This document shows, piece after piece, positions 37,654 through 48,534 of a stretch of 64,000 nucleotides of DNA (within the stretch, counting starts at the first letter, position 1; each line of letters opens with the position of its first letter). This DNA is from Armatimonadota bacterium (lineage in GTDB: Bacteria > Armatimonadota > Fimbriimonadia > Fimbriimonadales > GBS-DC), in assembly GCA_037445735.1 (NCBI GenBank), contig JBBIJY010000010.1, positions 3,664-67,663 of the forward strand, read 5' to 3'. A program made the translations under genes and the position numbers. The notes beneath the pieces were generated by a model that did no database searches, was not told the origin of the DNA, and saw only the letters and a list, made by a program, of their open reading frames with translations.

Positions 37654-39506
37654 GGCTGCACGCCTCGCTGGTGGAGGTAGACCATCAGGCAGGCGATGTC
37701 GGCGGGGCGCACGCCCGGGATACGCGCCGCCTGACCTATCGTGCGGGGGCGTACCCGTGCGAGCTTCTCGCGCGACTCGCGCGAAATCGCCGTCAACGAT
37801 TCGTAATCGATATCGTCTGGGATGAACCAGTCTTCCATCCTGCGCATCTTCTCGACCTGTTGCTGCTGCTTGCGCAGGTAGATGTCGTATTTGACGCGGA
37901 TCTCCACCGCCTCGGCGATTTCGGGCGGTAGGGGCGTCTCTGGCGGGAAGAGACGGGTCAGCATGGCGTGTGAGACTTCGGGGCGGCGCAGGTAGTCGCG
38001 CGCGGTGATGCGCTCATTCACGGGCGTGCCGCCCAGCGCGACAAGCTGCGGGTTGTGCCGCCCGCTGATTTCGATGCGCTCCAGCCGTTCCAGCTCCGCC
38101 TGAATCTGCGCCTGTCGCGCCTGAAAGCGTCGCCAGCGTTCGTCGTCCACCAGCCCGACCTCGCGTCCGATGGGTGTGAGACGCTCGTCGGCATTATCGT
38201 GGCGCAGATGCAGCCGATGCTCGGCGCGACCCGTCAGCATCCGATAGGGGTCTTCCACGCCTTTGGTCACCAGATCGTCAATCAGCACGCCAATATAGCT
38301 GCTGCTGCGTTCCAGCACAAGCGGCTCACGGCGCTTGACATACAGCGCGGCGTTGATGCCCGCGATCAGCCCCTGCGCAGCAGCTTCCTCATAGCCCGAT
38401 GTGCCGTTGATCTGCCCCGCAAGGAACAGCCCCCGCACCCGCCTGGTCATCAGCGTCGGATGAAGCTGGTCAGGGTACACCATGTCGTACTCCACCGCAT
38501 AGCCAGGGCGTAGCATCACCACCTCTTCCAGCCCTGGCAGGGTGCGCAGAAACGCCAGCTGCACCTCCTCGGGCAGGCTGGTGGACATCCCCTGCACATA
38601 GAGGTCGTCCCGGTCCCAGTACTCCTGCTCCAGGAACACGGGATGGCGCTCCTTGTCGGGGAATCGCACGATTTTGTCTTCGATGCTGGGGCAGTAGCGC
38701 GGTCCGATGCCGACGATATGCCCGCCGTACATCGCGGAGCGGTGCAGGTTCTCGCGGATGATGGCGTGCGTGCGCTCGTTGGTGAAGGTTTGCCAGCAGG
38801 GCAGCAGCGGGCGCGGCGGCTGCAGGCGGTCGTGCCGATACGAAAAGGGCGGGCACGGCTCCGACGGCACTTCCGTCAGGCGGGAGAGATCGACGCTCTT
38901 TTTATCGATGCGGGGCGTGGTGCCGGTCTTGAAGCGCCCGATTCGGAAGCCGAGCTGCTGGAGAGCGGCGGTCAGCCCTGTGGCGGGCGGGTCGCCGAAC
39001 CGCGCCGCCTGAATCTTGCGCTCCCCGATATGGCATAGCCCATTCAGAAAGGTGCCGGTGGTCAACACGACGACATGCGCAGTGATCTCGCCGTCGGGCG
39101 TGCGAACCCCATAGCAGGTGTCGTCCTTCACCAGCAAGCCGTCGACGCGGGCTTCCCTCAGCGTCAGGTTCGGCTGCTGCTGGAGTGTGGCGAGCATCTG
39201 CGCGGGATAGAGCGCTTTGTCGGCATGGGCGCGCAGGGTGCGTACGGCAGGTCCCTTGCCCGTGCCCACAAAGCGAATATGGGTCAGCGTTAAATCGGTG
39301 TTGATGCCCATCTGCCCGCCGAGCGCGTCGATTTCGCGCACCAGATGCCCTTTGGCAGGACCGCCGATGGAGCAGTTGCAGGGCATATGTGCCGTGCGCT
39401 CGATGTTGAGCGTGAGGGCGAGCGTGCGGCAGCCGAGCCGTGCCGCTGCCAGCGCCGCCTCACAACCCGCATGACCCGTCCCCACCACGATCACATCGTA
39501 ATCCAT
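37650..39506 (-). CDS. mnmG: tRNA uridine 5-carboxymethylaminomethyl modification enzyme MnmG (GidA)
   Basis: [28 protein letters not shown]-binding N-terminus plus conserved [11 protein letters not shown] and [20 protein letters not shown]. Start taken at M176 of the tracked ORF. Confidence 0.9.
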   Translation of the reverse strand: MDYDVIVVGTGHAGCEAALAAARLGCRTLALTLNIERTAHMPCNCSIGGPAKGHLVREIDALGGQMGINTDLTLTHIRFVGTGKGPAVRTLRAHADKALYPAQMLATLQQQPNLTLREARVDGLLVKDDTCYGVRTPDGEITAHVVVLTTGTFLNGLCHIGERKIQAARFGDPPATGLTAALQQLGFRIGRFKTGTTPRIDKKSVDLSRLTEVPSEPCPPFSYRHDRLQPPRPLLPCWQTFTNERTHAIIRENLHRSAMYGGHIVGIGPRYCPSIEDKIVRFPDKERHPVFLEQEYWDRDDLYVQGMSTSLPEEVQLAFLRTLPGLEEVVMLRPGYAVEYDMVYPDQLHPTLMTRRVRGLFLAGQINGTSGYEEAAAQGLIAGINAALYVKRREPLVLERSSSYIGVLIDDLVTKGVEDPYRMLTGRAEHRLHLRHDNADERLTPIGREVGLVDDERWRRFQARQAQIQAELERLERIEISGRHNPQLVALGGTPVNERITARDYLRRPEVSHAMLTRLFPPETPLPPEIAEAVEIRVKYDIYLRKQQQQVEKMRRMEDWFIPDDIDYESLTAISRESREKLARVRPRTIGQAARIPGVRPADIACLMVYLHQRGVQP

Positions 39507-39524
39507 CCATCGAGAGCATACCCC

Positions 39525-40229
39525 ATGCCGCCTGCGGGTATGCTTGCAGATGTGCAGAAGCGGTTGCTGGGACGGACGAATCGGCTCCTGTTCCCTTTGT
39601 GGGTGCGCGGGGCATTGCCAGCCGACGAGCCTGACGAGGCGCAGGTCGCTGCCTTTTTTGAGCGGTTGCGGTCGCTCGGCGTGGAAGTGCTGGACATCAC
39701 GCCCTCGCACGGTTTCTGGGGGCAGGCTTTGCGCGTGCATCAGCCCGCGTTGCAGGTGGCGGTCATCGCACCGCCACATCTGCTGGCGTACGCGCCCGAC
39801 AGCCAGCGCGCCGCGCGTGCCGTGCAGGCGCATCTGATCGAGATTCTCTGCTCCATCGGGCGCGATTGCTGCGACTACTACTTCCTGAATCTGGCGTATG
39901 CGCCGACCGAGGCGCAGTTGAGCGGTGCGCTGGAGGCGCTGGAGCTGGCGCGTCAGGAGGCGCAGGTAGGCGCGATTGGGCTGGCAGCGTATGGCGAGCC
40001 GTTGCGCATACTCGCACTCTGGCGCACGCACGACGCTTTCGAGGTCGCCCTGCTACCAAACCGCCATGAGGCCCTGCAGGTGCTGCTGCCCGAGGCGCGA
40101 GCGCGGCGCGTCGGCGCGATTGTCGAAATCGCCGAACCGCTCTGGAACGCGACACCAAGCCAGTGGGACAGCACGCTCGCCCAGCTGAACGCCGACGCCC
40201 TCCTGCTCACAGGTACAATTCTGCCATGA
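39525..40229 (+). CDS. Hypothetical protein with aldo/keto-reductase-like TIM-barrel C-terminal segment
   Basis: Codon third positions are GC-biased (coding-like). [26 protein letters not shown] resembles the AKR signature (kvraiGvSnf). The 4-nt stop/start overlap with the downstream SIS gene indicates an operon. Start uncertain. Confidence 0.4.
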   Translation: MPPAGMLADVQKRLLGRTNRLLFPLWVRGALPADEPDEAQVAAFFERLRSLGVEVLDITPSHGFWGQALRVHQPALQVAVIAPPHLLAYAPDSQRAARAVQAHLIEILCSIGRDCCDYYFLNLAYAPTEAQLSGALEALELARQEAQVGAIGLAAYGEPLRILALWRTHDAFEVALLPNRHEALQVLLPEARARRVGAIVEIAEPLWNATPSQWDSTLAQLNADALLLTGTILP

Positions 40230-41278
40230 TGCAGGCGGATGGACACTTCATGCGGGCGGAGATCGGCGAGCAGCCAGCAGTGCTGACCCGTATCGCCGAT
40301 CAGGAATGGCATGCGATTCGCGAGGCAGCAGCGCGCATCCAGCAAGCCGATACGCTCTATGTGCTGTTAGCCGCGCGCGGCACCTCCGACAACGCCGCCC
40401 GATATTTTCAATATCTGCTTCAGATAGAGAACGGGCTACCGTGCGGGCTGGCAACGCCGTCGGTGGTGACGCTCTATCGGGCGAGCCTGAACCTGAATCG
40501 CTGTCTGGTGGTGGGCATCTCCCAATCGGGCGAGGCGCCCGATGTGATCGAGTATGTGACCCATGCGCGGGAGCGCGGCGCACTCACGCTGAGCATCACC
40601 AATAATCCGCAATCGCCATTAGCGCAGGCGAGCCATCTGCATCTATGGGTACGCGCAGGCACAGAACGCAGTGTGGCTGCCACCAAAACCTATACGGGCA
40701 CGCTCGCTGTCATCTACCTGCTGGCGCACGCGCTCAAGGGCGCCAGCGACGCGCCCGACAAACTGCACGCGACCGCCCAGATGGTCGCCGAAGCGCTCCA
40801 GCAGGAGGCGGTCATCCAGCAGGCAGTGGATCGCTACCGCTATGTGCGCGAGTGCGTGTCGCTGGCGCGGGGCATCAACCAGGCGACCGCCGAAGAGACC
40901 GCCCTGAAGCTTATCGAGACCTGCTATGTGGTGTGCAAAGCCTACTCGGTCGCCGACTTTATGCATGGACCGTTCGCGCTGATAGAGGCGGGCTTTCCGT
41001 GCCTGCTGTTCGCGCCCGACGGCGCGACCTTCCCGACGGTGCTGGAATCGGCGCAGCGCCTGCGCGAGGGCGGCGCGGAAACGATTATCTTCGCCCGCGA
41101 CCCCGACATCCTGCGCCTCGCCCGCACACCGATTGAACTGCCCGTCAGAGTGCCCGAAACCGTCTCGCCCATCGTGTATGTGGTGCTGGGGCAGCTGTTC
41201 GCCTATCACCTTGCGCTCGCCCGCGACCTGAACCCTGACCAGCCGCGCGGTCTGCAAAAAGTCACCCGCACGCGGTAG
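40226..41278 (+). CDS. SIS-domain sugar phosphate isomerase/aminotransferase (GlmS isomerase-domain / AgaS-like, two SIS domains)
   Basis: SIS motifs LLAARGTSDNAARYFQY, VVGISQSGEAPDV and ATKTYTG. Confidence 0.7.
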   Translation: MMQADGHFMRAEIGEQPAVLTRIADQEWHAIREAAARIQQADTLYVLLAARGTSDNAARYFQYLLQIENGLPCGLATPSVVTLYRASLNLNRCLVVGISQSGEAPDVIEYVTHARERGALTLSITNNPQSPLAQASHLHLWVRAGTERSVAATKTYTGTLAVIYLLAHALKGASDAPDKLHATAQMVAEALQQEAVIQQAVDRYRYVRECVSLARGINQATAEETALKLIETCYVVCKAYSVADFMHGPFALIEAGFPCLLFAPDGATFPTVLESAQRLREGGAETIIFARDPDILRLARTPIELPVRVPETVSPIVYVVLGQLFAYHLALARDLNPDQPRGLQKVTRTR

Positions 41279-41358
41279 CCATGCACTGTGGAGTTTGGGC
41301 GCGGAGACCGTGCCCCCACCGTCAGCATATTGTTAGCCGATAGGGTATCTTTTGGGCG

Positions 41359-42587
41359 ATGCTCACCAACGAGGAGCGCCGTGTCGGGATTTATCACGAT
41401 GGGACCAAGCCCATCCATCCAGCGCAGGTCACGCCTGACACGCCACTGGAAGCACTCAATCTCAACTGGCGCGAGCGCGACCTGCCCGAACGGTTACGCA
41501 CGCGCCATGTCCATCGCCTGCACCCCTATCTGGGCAAGTTCATCCCGCAGCTGGTGGAGGTGTTCCTGCGCAAATATTTCCGAGCGGGTCAGACGGTGCT
41601 GGACCCCTTTGTAGGGTCGGGCACGACCCTTGTGCAGGCGAATGAGCTGGGTATTAACGCGATAGGCTATGATGTGTCCGCCTTTAATATAATCCTGTGC
41701 CGCGCGAAAACGCAGGTTTATGACCTGAAGCAGATGAGCGGGAGGTGCTGGATGCGCTGGCGCGTGCCGAGCGCGCGCTCCAGCACTGGCATGGTCAGCT
41801 CTCGCTGATAATGGAGCCGCGCGAGCTGCTCTATGAGCATTCCAGCTGCCATGCGGACTATCTCCAGCAGTGGTACGCGCCGCAAGCCCTTCGCGAGCTG
41901 CTCACCTATCGGCATATAGTGGAGCATGGCGACTATGAGTATAAAGACCTGCTGCGCATCATCCTTTCCCGTTCCGCACGCTCGGCACGGCTAACCCCGC
42001 ACTATGACCTGGATTTTCCCAAAAAGCCTCAGACGGAGCCGTACTGGTGCTATAAGCATCGGCGCATCTGCGAGCCAACCACCGAGGCGCTCAAATTCTT
42101 ACGGCGATATAGCTACGATACGATTCGGCGGGTGATGGAGTTCGCGCAGGTGCGCACCTCAGCGTGGGTGGAGGTTGATCATGCTGACAGTCGTGAGGTC
42201 TGCTTCCCGCCCGTTGATGGCATCATCACCAGCCCGCCCTATGTGGGGCTAATCGATTACCATGACCAGCACGCCTATGCTTACCACCTGCTCAACCTGA
42301 CCGATTTGAGCGAGCGTGAGATCGGCGCGGCATCGAACGGCGCATCGGAACGCGCGAAAGCTCAATATGTAGCAGACATTGTAAGGGTCTTCTCCCGCGC
42401 TTTGGAGGCAATGCCGTCAGGCGCACCAGTTATCGTGGTGGCAAATGATAAGCATAATCTGTATGGCGAGATTGCCACACGGCTGGATGTGGAGGTGGAA
42501 GGTATATTGCACCGCCATGTGAACCGCCGTACAGGGCGACGCTCAACAGAGTTTTTCGAATCAATCTTTATCTGGAGGAAGCGCTGA
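41359..42587 (+). pseudogene. Alpha-class DNA methyltransferase (motif I DPFVGSGTT ... motif IV SPPY) disrupted by a frameshift near 41745-41760
   Basis: Tracked ORFs 41359..41808 (frame 1) and 41745..42587 (frame 3) overlap by 64 nt and together encode one methyltransferase: HRLHPYLGKFIPQLVEVFL / VLDPFVGSGTT in the first, DGIITSPPYVGLIDY in the second. The region is lower in GC than the flanks. Confidence 0.6.
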
Positions 42588-42910
42588 TGCCAGGTACACG
42601 CCATGAGTCCATCCCTGAACCAACCAGGGAGGCTATCAGGTCATATCTGCGAAAGTTTATAGAAAAATTAATTGAGGAGAGCAGAAAGGCGGGAGCCAGA
42701 ATCGAACAGGACACTTCACACACCAGCGATACAGCGAAACCGTTTCACGAAGCCATAATCCCTGCGCCTGTGCGAGCAATTAGCCGATTCGAGCGCAGTT
42801 TCAGCACACGACTGGGTAGTACCTTTTCATCTGGTGTAACGACCGACTCGCAGGTGCATGGTGAGGAGCGGTTCCAGCGCGATGAGCTGCTGCAGGTACA
42901 ATTCCTGTGA
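42587..42910 (+). CDS. Small hypothetical ORF translationally coupled (TGATG) to the methyltransferase pseudogene; possible remnant of a restriction-endonuclease gene
   Basis: ATG overlaps the methyltransferase stop; AT-richer codon usage like the methyltransferase; no recognisable motif; ends where high-GC mtnA begins. Confidence 0.3.
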   Translation: MPGTRHESIPEPTREAIRSYLRKFIEKLIEESRKAGARIEQDTSHTSDTAKPFHEAIIPAPVRAISRFERSFSTRLGSTFSSGVTTDSQVHGEERFQRDELLQVQFL

Positions 42911-43965
42911 TGAAGGTCCAACCGATAGAGTGGGTGTCGCACGCTGAAACGGGTGGCATCCTGCGCATGCTGGATCAGACGCAGTTGCCAGAGTGGGTGG
43001 TCGTGGAGGAGTACACCGACTGGCGCGATGTGGCGGAGGCGATTCGAGCGATGAAAGTGCGCGGCGCACCCGCGATTGGCATCGCGGCTGCCTACGGCAT
43101 CGCGCTCGCCGCCCATCACTTCCGAGGCGATAACTGGAGCGAGTTCCTCGCTTCGATGGAGGAGGTCTGTCAGGAGTTTGCCCGCACGCGCCCGACCGCC
43201 GTCAATCTCTTCTGGGCGATTGAGCGGATGCAGCGGGTGCTGAACACCTGCCAGACCGTCGCCGAAGCCCGCGAACGCCTGCTACAGGAAGCGCACCAGA
43301 TTCTGCAGGAAGATTACGAAGCCGACCGACAGCTGGCGGAGTATGGCGCGCTGCTGCTGACGCCGCAGGCGCGCGTGATGACCCTCTGCAACACGGGCGC
43401 GCTGGCAACAGGCGGCATCGGCACCGCGCTGGGCATCATTCGCGTCGCGTGGCTGCAGGGGCGACTGGCGAAAGCCTATGTGTGCGAGACGCGCCCGCGC
43501 CTGCAGGGACTGCGACTTACCGCCTGGGAACTGTTGCAGGAGGGCATCCCGTTCCAGCTCATCACCGACAACATGGCGGGCTGGCTGATGGCGCAGGGCA
43601 AGGTGGAAGCCGTGATTGTGGGCGCGGACCGTATCGCAGCGAACGGCGACACCGCCAACAAAATCGGCACCTACACCCTCGCCGTGCTGGCGCACCATCA
43701 CCGCATCCCCTTCTATGTGGCGGCGCCATGCTCAACCATTGATCTGGGCACGCCCAACGGTAAAGCCATCCCTGTGGAGCATCGGGACGCCACCGAGGTC
43801 ACGCATATCGGCAACCTGCGCCTCGCGCCGCAGGGCACGCCCGTGCTGAACCCCGCGTTCGACATCACACCCGCCCCGCTGATCACCGCGATTATCACCG
43901 AGCGCGGCGTCGCCCAGCCACCTTACGAATCGTCGCTCCGCGAGCTATGTTCGAAAGCGCACTAA
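42907..43965 (+). CDS. mtnA: S-methyl-5-thioribose-1-phosphate isomerase (eIF-2B alpha/beta/delta family)
   Basis: VRGAPAIGIAAAYGIALAA, TRPTAVNLFWAI and CNTGALATGGIGTALGII, then VCETRPRLQGLRLTAWEL and GADRIAANGDTANKIGTY are MtnA hallmarks. Confidence 0.85.
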   Translation: MMKVQPIEWVSHAETGGILRMLDQTQLPEWVVVEEYTDWRDVAEAIRAMKVRGAPAIGIAAAYGIALAAHHFRGDNWSEFLASMEEVCQEFARTRPTAVNLFWAIERMQRVLNTCQTVAEARERLLQEAHQILQEDYEADRQLAEYGALLLTPQARVMTLCNTGALATGGIGTALGIIRVAWLQGRLAKAYVCETRPRLQGLRLTAWELLQEGIPFQLITDNMAGWLMAQGKVEAVIVGADRIAANGDTANKIGTYTLAVLAHHHRIPFYVAAPCSTIDLGTPNGKAIPVEHRDATEVTHIGNLRLAPQGTPVLNPAFDITPAPLITAIITERGVAQPPYESSLRELCSKAH

Positions 43966-45062
43966 TCTTCCCGCTGAACCGCTGGCACAATCACTCCTCG
44001 TGTGTGTTGGAGTGCCCCGATGGCTCGCTGCTGGCGTGCTGGTACAGCGGTTCAGGCGAGCGCGAGGCGGACGATGTGCAGATTCTGGGCGCACGCTGGC
44101 GACACGGACGCTGGAGCAAGCCCTTTCTAATGGCAGATACGCCGAACTACCCCGATATCAACCCGATTCTGTTTTTTGACCCACGCGGGCGGCTGTGGCT
44201 GATGTGGGCGACCATTCTGAACCATCGCTGGGAGGGCGCCCTGCTCAAATATCGGGTGGCGATGCACGCGGGACAACGCGGTTGCCCGCCATGGTGCATC
44301 GGCGAGGTGTTCCATGTCTCACCCGATACAGGTTTTGTGCGAAAAGTTGAACAATGGATTGAGCGGATCAGCGCCGATGCCGAATCGCCAGACCCACCGA
44401 ATCGGAAAGCATATTTCCGACGGTTGCGTCAACTCTGTGCGGATGAACTGTCGCGGCAGCTGGGCTGGATGCCCCGCGTGCATCCGCTGATTATGGGCGA
44501 GCGCATCCTGCTGCCGCTCTATTCGGACGGCTTTAACTTCGCGCTGATTGCCATCAGCGAGGATGCGGGTTTCAGCTGGCAGCTGAGCGCGCCGCTGATC
44601 AGTATCGGCGGCATCCAGCCCAGCCTGATTCAGCGACGCGACGGCACACTGGTCGCCTACCTGCGCGATAACGGACCACCGCCCAACCGCATCATGACCG
44701 CTACCTCCAGCGACGGTGGCTATACATGGAGCGAGGTGGTCAAGACCGCGATCCCCAATCCTGGTTCCAGCGTGGAGGTGATTGCCCTGAATCCGGGCGA
44801 GTGGCTGATGGTCGCCAACGATACTGAGCGGGGGCGTCATCAGCTCGCTATTCTGCTCTCCACCGACGAAGGGCATACCTGGCAGCTCAAACGCTATCTG
44901 GAGCGCGATGAGAAGGGTGGAGGCAGCTACTCCTATCCGTCGGTCATTCAGGCGCGCGATGGCACCATCCATATCACCTACAGTTACGCTGTGCCCGCTC
45001 CCGAGGGTCGGTACAGCGCCATCAAGTGGGTACGATTCTCACGCGACTGGCTGGAGGCATGA
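43947..45062 (+). CDS. BNR/Asp-box repeat glycosyl hydrolase (sialidase-like beta-propeller)
   Basis: Three Asp-boxes S-x-D-x-G-x-T-W: SEDAGFSW, SSDGGYTW, STDEGHTW. Confidence 0.75.
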   Translation: MFESALIFPLNRWHNHSSCVLECPDGSLLACWYSGSGEREADDVQILGARWRHGRWSKPFLMADTPNYPDINPILFFDPRGRLWLMWATILNHRWEGALLKYRVAMHAGQRGCPPWCIGEVFHVSPDTGFVRKVEQWIERISADAESPDPPNRKAYFRRLRQLCADELSRQLGWMPRVHPLIMGERILLPLYSDGFNFALIAISEDAGFSWQLSAPLISIGGIQPSLIQRRDGTLVAYLRDNGPPPNRIMTATSSDGGYTWSEVVKTAIPNPGSSVEVIALNPGEWLMVANDTERGRHQLAILLSTDEGHTWQLKRYLERDEKGGGSYSYPSVIQARDGTIHITYSYAVPAPEGRYSAIKWVRFSRDWLEA

Positions 45063-46156
45063 AACCGCTCGATTCGCACTGGGTGGCAGAGGTTCGGCGG
45101 CGATTGCGGGAGTGGTTTCGGCAGGCGCACCGTGCTCTGCCCTGGCGGGCGACCCGCGATCCCTATCGCATCTGGGTCTCCGAGATTATGCTGCAGCAGA
45201 CGCAGGTGGCGACGGTCATCCCCTATTATGAGCGATTTATTCAGCGGTTCCCGACAGTGCAGGCGCTGGCGGAGGCGCCGCTGGCGGAGGTGCTGCGCTA
45301 CTGGGAGGGACTGGGCTACTATTCGCGGGCGCGGAACCTGCATCGCGCGGCACAGCAGATCGTTCAGCAGGGTGGTGAGCTGCCGCGTGAGGTGGCACGA
45401 CTGCGCGAGCTGCCTGGCATCGGCGCGTACACGGCGGGCGCGATTGCCAGCCTCGCTTTCAATCAGCCAGAGCCTGTGGTGGATGGCAATGTGGTGCGCG
45501 TGCTGGCGCGTCTGCTGTGGCTCAAAGGCGACGCGCGACGCCTGCGCACCCAGCCCGCAGTGTGGGCGCTCGCCCGCCAGCTGGTTGACCCCGATGATCC
45601 TGCCACCTTCAATCAGGCGTTGATGGAGCTGGGTTCCACAATTTGCCTGCCGGGTCAGCCACGCTGTGGTGAGTGTCCGCTGCAGGCGCTCTGTTCGGCA
45701 TATCAGCGTGGCGAGCCGACCGCCGTGCCCGAAACGGCTCCTGCCCGCCCCGCTATGCAGGTGATCGATGTGTCCACGCTCATCTGGCATGAAAGACGCC
45801 TGCTACTGGCTCAGCGCCCGAGCGAGGGACTGTGGGGCGGATTGTGGGAGTTCCCGCGTGCCACGCGCGCGGGACGCGAGACGCTGGAGACCATCGCCCA
45901 TCGCGCCGCGCACAAAGTGGGCGTGCAGGTGGAGCCGATCCGCCTGCTGGGGCATGTGCGCCATGCCGTGACCTATCATGCCATTCGGCTCTACGGCTAC
46001 CTCTGTCGGCTGGAGTCGGGCGAGCCACGCCCCTGCGGCGAGTACGCCGCGCTGCGCTGGGTCGCCCCTGACGAGCTGGACCAGTTCCCCCTCTCCGCCC
46101 CCCAGCGCCGCCTGGCGAAAATGTTTCTCAGCATGCCCGTTGCGTTCGAATTTTAA
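45059..46156 (+). CDS. mutY: A/G-specific adenine DNA glycosylase
   Basis: HhH-GPD core (LPGIGAYTAGAIASLAF...VVDGNVVRV), Fe-S loop CLPGQPRCGECPLQALC and C-terminal NUDIX-like domain (RLLLAQRPSEGLWGGLWEFP). Confidence 0.9.
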   Translation: MKPLDSHWVAEVRRRLREWFRQAHRALPWRATRDPYRIWVSEIMLQQTQVATVIPYYERFIQRFPTVQALAEAPLAEVLRYWEGLGYYSRARNLHRAAQQIVQQGGELPREVARLRELPGIGAYTAGAIASLAFNQPEPVVDGNVVRVLARLLWLKGDARRLRTQPAVWALARQLVDPDDPATFNQALMELGSTICLPGQPRCGECPLQALCSAYQRGEPTAVPETAPARPAMQVIDVSTLIWHERRLLLAQRPSEGLWGGLWEFPRATRAGRETLETIAHRAAHKVGVQVEPIRLLGHVRHAVTYHAIRLYGYLCRLESGEPRPCGEYAALRWVAPDELDQFPLSAPQRRLAKMFLSMPVAFEF

Positions 46157-47292
46157 GCTCGCTGGAAGCTGTCGCCCAGCGACCAGCCCGCCAGGTGGGT
46201 CAGAAACAGCAAATTGCCGCCAAACAGCAGGGTTTGCACGGTGTCGTGCGGGTAGGCGAGGGCGAACAGCAGCGTGAGTACGCCCACTGTCCCGAAGGTG
46301 CGCGAGATGGAGCTGTTCAGCCCGCCCTGCAATAGCCCGTACAGCGTATAGAGCAGTGCGGCGAGCGGAAAGCAGAGCATCGCCAGAATCACCAGCACGC
46401 CCCCCGCCGACAGCCGCGCCCCATAGCTCCGCCAGGGCAGCGCGTCTTCCAGAGGCGACACCCAGCGACTGACGCTCAGCAGAAAACCTGTCAACAGCCC
46501 CGCCAGACCCAGATAGAGCAACAGGTTCCAGCTCCATGTGGCAATCATTGGCAGCCATCGGAACAGCGCGGCGGGTTCGCCAGGCACTGTCGCGCTGAGC
46601 GCAATAAGAAACAGCACCGTGCCCCAGCCGAGCGACTGCGCCGCGTAGAGGCGCCACTCGGCAGGCAGCATCAGCACGGGAAGGTTCGCCCGTCGCATCG
46701 GCGCGGCAGGCGGCGGTGCCGAGCGTGCCATGCTCGCCAGCCGCTCGAACTTGCGTTGAAGGTCAGCATTGTGCGGGTCTAACTGGAGCGCGTAGGTGTA
46801 GGCGTTCAGCGCAGCGTCGATATGTCCTTGCATGCGGTACACATCGCCCATAATGATGTAGCCCTGCGCCATTCGCGGTTGCATGCGGGTTGCCTGCCGC
46901 GCCCAGTGCAGGGCGTCGCGCAGGCGCCCCTGCAGGAAGGCGCGCTCCGCCTCGTAAATCGCGCGACGCGCCTCCTCGCTCGAAGCCGCCGAACGGGATG
47001 GGCCCGCTGGCGCAGCGGGGCGGGGCGGATTGCTGGACGGACGCGCGGGGCGAGCCGTGCCCGACGACGCGCTCTGGCTCTGCAGGCGCAACAGCGCATC
47101 GTAGTGCCGCCGCCGCTCCGGGTCCGACAGCACCTGATACGCCTCCTGAATGCGCAAAAACTGCTCCTTCGCGTCGGGCGCAGGGTTCACATCGGGATGG
47201 TAGCGGCGCACCAGCTCGCGATACCGCTTGCGTATCTGCTCTGGTGTCGCGCCCATCGGCAAGCCCAGCACCTCGTAATGGTTCTGCCGCAT
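46153..47292 (-). CDS. J-domain protein with TPR repeats and C-terminal polytopic membrane domain
   Basis: YEVLGLPMGATPEQIRKRYRELVRRYHPD J-domain; TPR-like YIIMGDVYRMQGHIDAALNAYTYALQLDP; four or more TM helices at the C-terminus. Confidence 0.7.
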   Translation of the reverse strand: MRQNHYEVLGLPMGATPEQIRKRYRELVRRYHPDVNPAPDAKEQFLRIQEAYQVLSDPERRRHYDALLRLQSQSASSGTARPARPSSNPPRPAAPAGPSRSAASSEEARRAIYEAERAFLQGRLRDALHWARQATRMQPRMAQGYIIMGDVYRMQGHIDAALNAYTYALQLDPHNADLQRKFERLASMARSAPPPAAPMRRANLPVLMLPAEWRLYAAQSLGWGTVLFLIALSATVPGEPAALFRWLPMIATWSWNLLLYLGLAGLLTGFLLSVSRWVSPLEDALPWRSYGARLSAGGVLVILAMLCFPLAALLYTLYGLLQGGLNSSISRTFGTVGVLTLLFALAYPHDTVQTLLFGGNLLFLTHLAGWSLGDSFQRA

Positions 47293-47301
47293 GACGCACC
47301 T

Positions 47302-48513
47302 CTACGGTCCACCGCCAGCCTGCGAGAAAAGACCCGCGAAATAGGATGTATAAAAAGTGACCAGAACAATCAGCACGAAGATGGCGACCATCAGGTAGAC
47401 CAGCACGCCGAAGATGTAGCCCGCCTGATGGGAGCGTACCTTGCCCTCCTCCTCATAATATTCGGCGAACTTCTCCATCATGAAGCCCAGCTCGCCCGTG
47501 TTCTCGCCCGTCGCGACCATATCCATCACCATCTGGGGCAGCACGCGCGATTCCTGCAGGCTCTGCGTGATGCCGATACCCGCTTCGATTCGGGAGGCAG
47601 CGGGTTTCAGCTGGCTGGCGAGGTACTCATTCCCGCAGGCATCAGCCGCGATGCGAATCGCCTGCGAGAGGGGCAGTCCCGCATTATAGAGCGCGCTCAT
47701 CGCCCGCCCGAACCGCGCCAGCGCGAGCTGCCGCAATGTGAAGCCCAGCCAGGGGATGGAGACCGTTATCAGCCCCCACAGCCAGCGGAAGCTCTGCGCG
47801 CGCAGGGCAATCCGAAACGCCAGCCATAAGGCGGCTATCGCGACAATAGCCGTGCCGATGACCGTCGCTGCGAAGCCCGCCAGCGTGTCGGTGAGCGCGC
47901 TCCCACCCGTGCGACCCATCAGGCGCAGCACCATGCTCGGCGCCATCAGAATCGGCACGATCAGCACCAGCACCAGCTTCGGATAGAAAGTGACGCGGCT
48001 CAGCAGTCGGCGCAGCTCCAGTTCGCTCTCCAGATAGTCGGCAATCTGGCGCAGACACTGTTCCAGCACGCCGCCCGCCGTGCCCACCCGAATCATCGCG
48101 CGGATCATCGGCGAAAAGAGGGCAGGATGGCGGTCAAACGCATCGCTGATCGATTCGCCCGCCAGCACGGCGTCGCGGATATCGAGGATGGCACGGCGCA
48201 GACGCGGATGGCGACGCTGGTTGCCCAGCGTGTTCAGCGCCTGATAGATGGGCACGCCCGCGCTCAGCATCGTCGCCAGCTGACGGAAAAAGATTGCCAG
48301 CTCCTTCAGCGGCACGCCCCCAAAGATGGGCGGCGCATCGGAACGCGATACCTCACGCAGCACGCCCGTCGGTTCAGATACCGCATATAACTCCAGCAGC
48401 CAGTAGCCCTTCGCGCGAATCTGGTCGCTCGCTTCCAGCCGCGAAGACGCCTGTACCGTGCCGCGTACCTCCTGACCGTTCGGGTCGCGCGCCACATACC
48501 GAAAGGTCGCCAT
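47302..48513 (-). CDS. Type II secretion / type IV pilus platform protein (GspF/PilC family)
   Basis: Two T2SSF repeats (FRQLATMLSAGVPIYQAL...; ...MSALYNAGLPLSQAIRIAA) and three TM segments. Confidence 0.85.
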   Translation of the reverse strand: MATFRYVARDPNGQEVRGTVQASSRLEASDQIRAKGYWLLELYAVSEPTGVLREVSRSDAPPIFGGVPLKELAIFFRQLATMLSAGVPIYQALNTLGNQRRHPRLRRAILDIRDAVLAGESISDAFDRHPALFSPMIRAMIRVGTAGGVLEQCLRQIADYLESELELRRLLSRVTFYPKLVLVLIVPILMAPSMVLRLMGRTGGSALTDTLAGFAATVIGTAIVAIAALWLAFRIALRAQSFRWLWGLITVSIPWLGFTLRQLALARFGRAMSALYNAGLPLSQAIRIAADACGNEYLASQLKPAASRIEAGIGITQSLQESRVLPQMVMDMVATGENTGELGFMMEKFAEYYEEEGKVRSHQAGYIFGVLVYLMVAIFVLIVLVTFYTSYFAGLFSQAGGGP

Positions 48514-48534
48514 CGCTTCGAATTGTACCTTGAT

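Noticed and set aside
39507-40031. 5' extension of the tracked mnmG ORF (175 extra codons)
   Set aside because: Canonical MnmG starts at [14 protein letters not shown]. The extension overlaps the divergent AKR-like gene and is R/Q/L-rich.
46822-47829. 335-aa + strand ORF antisense to the J-domain/TPR gene and gspF
   Set aside because: Arg-rich low-complexity shadow ORF.
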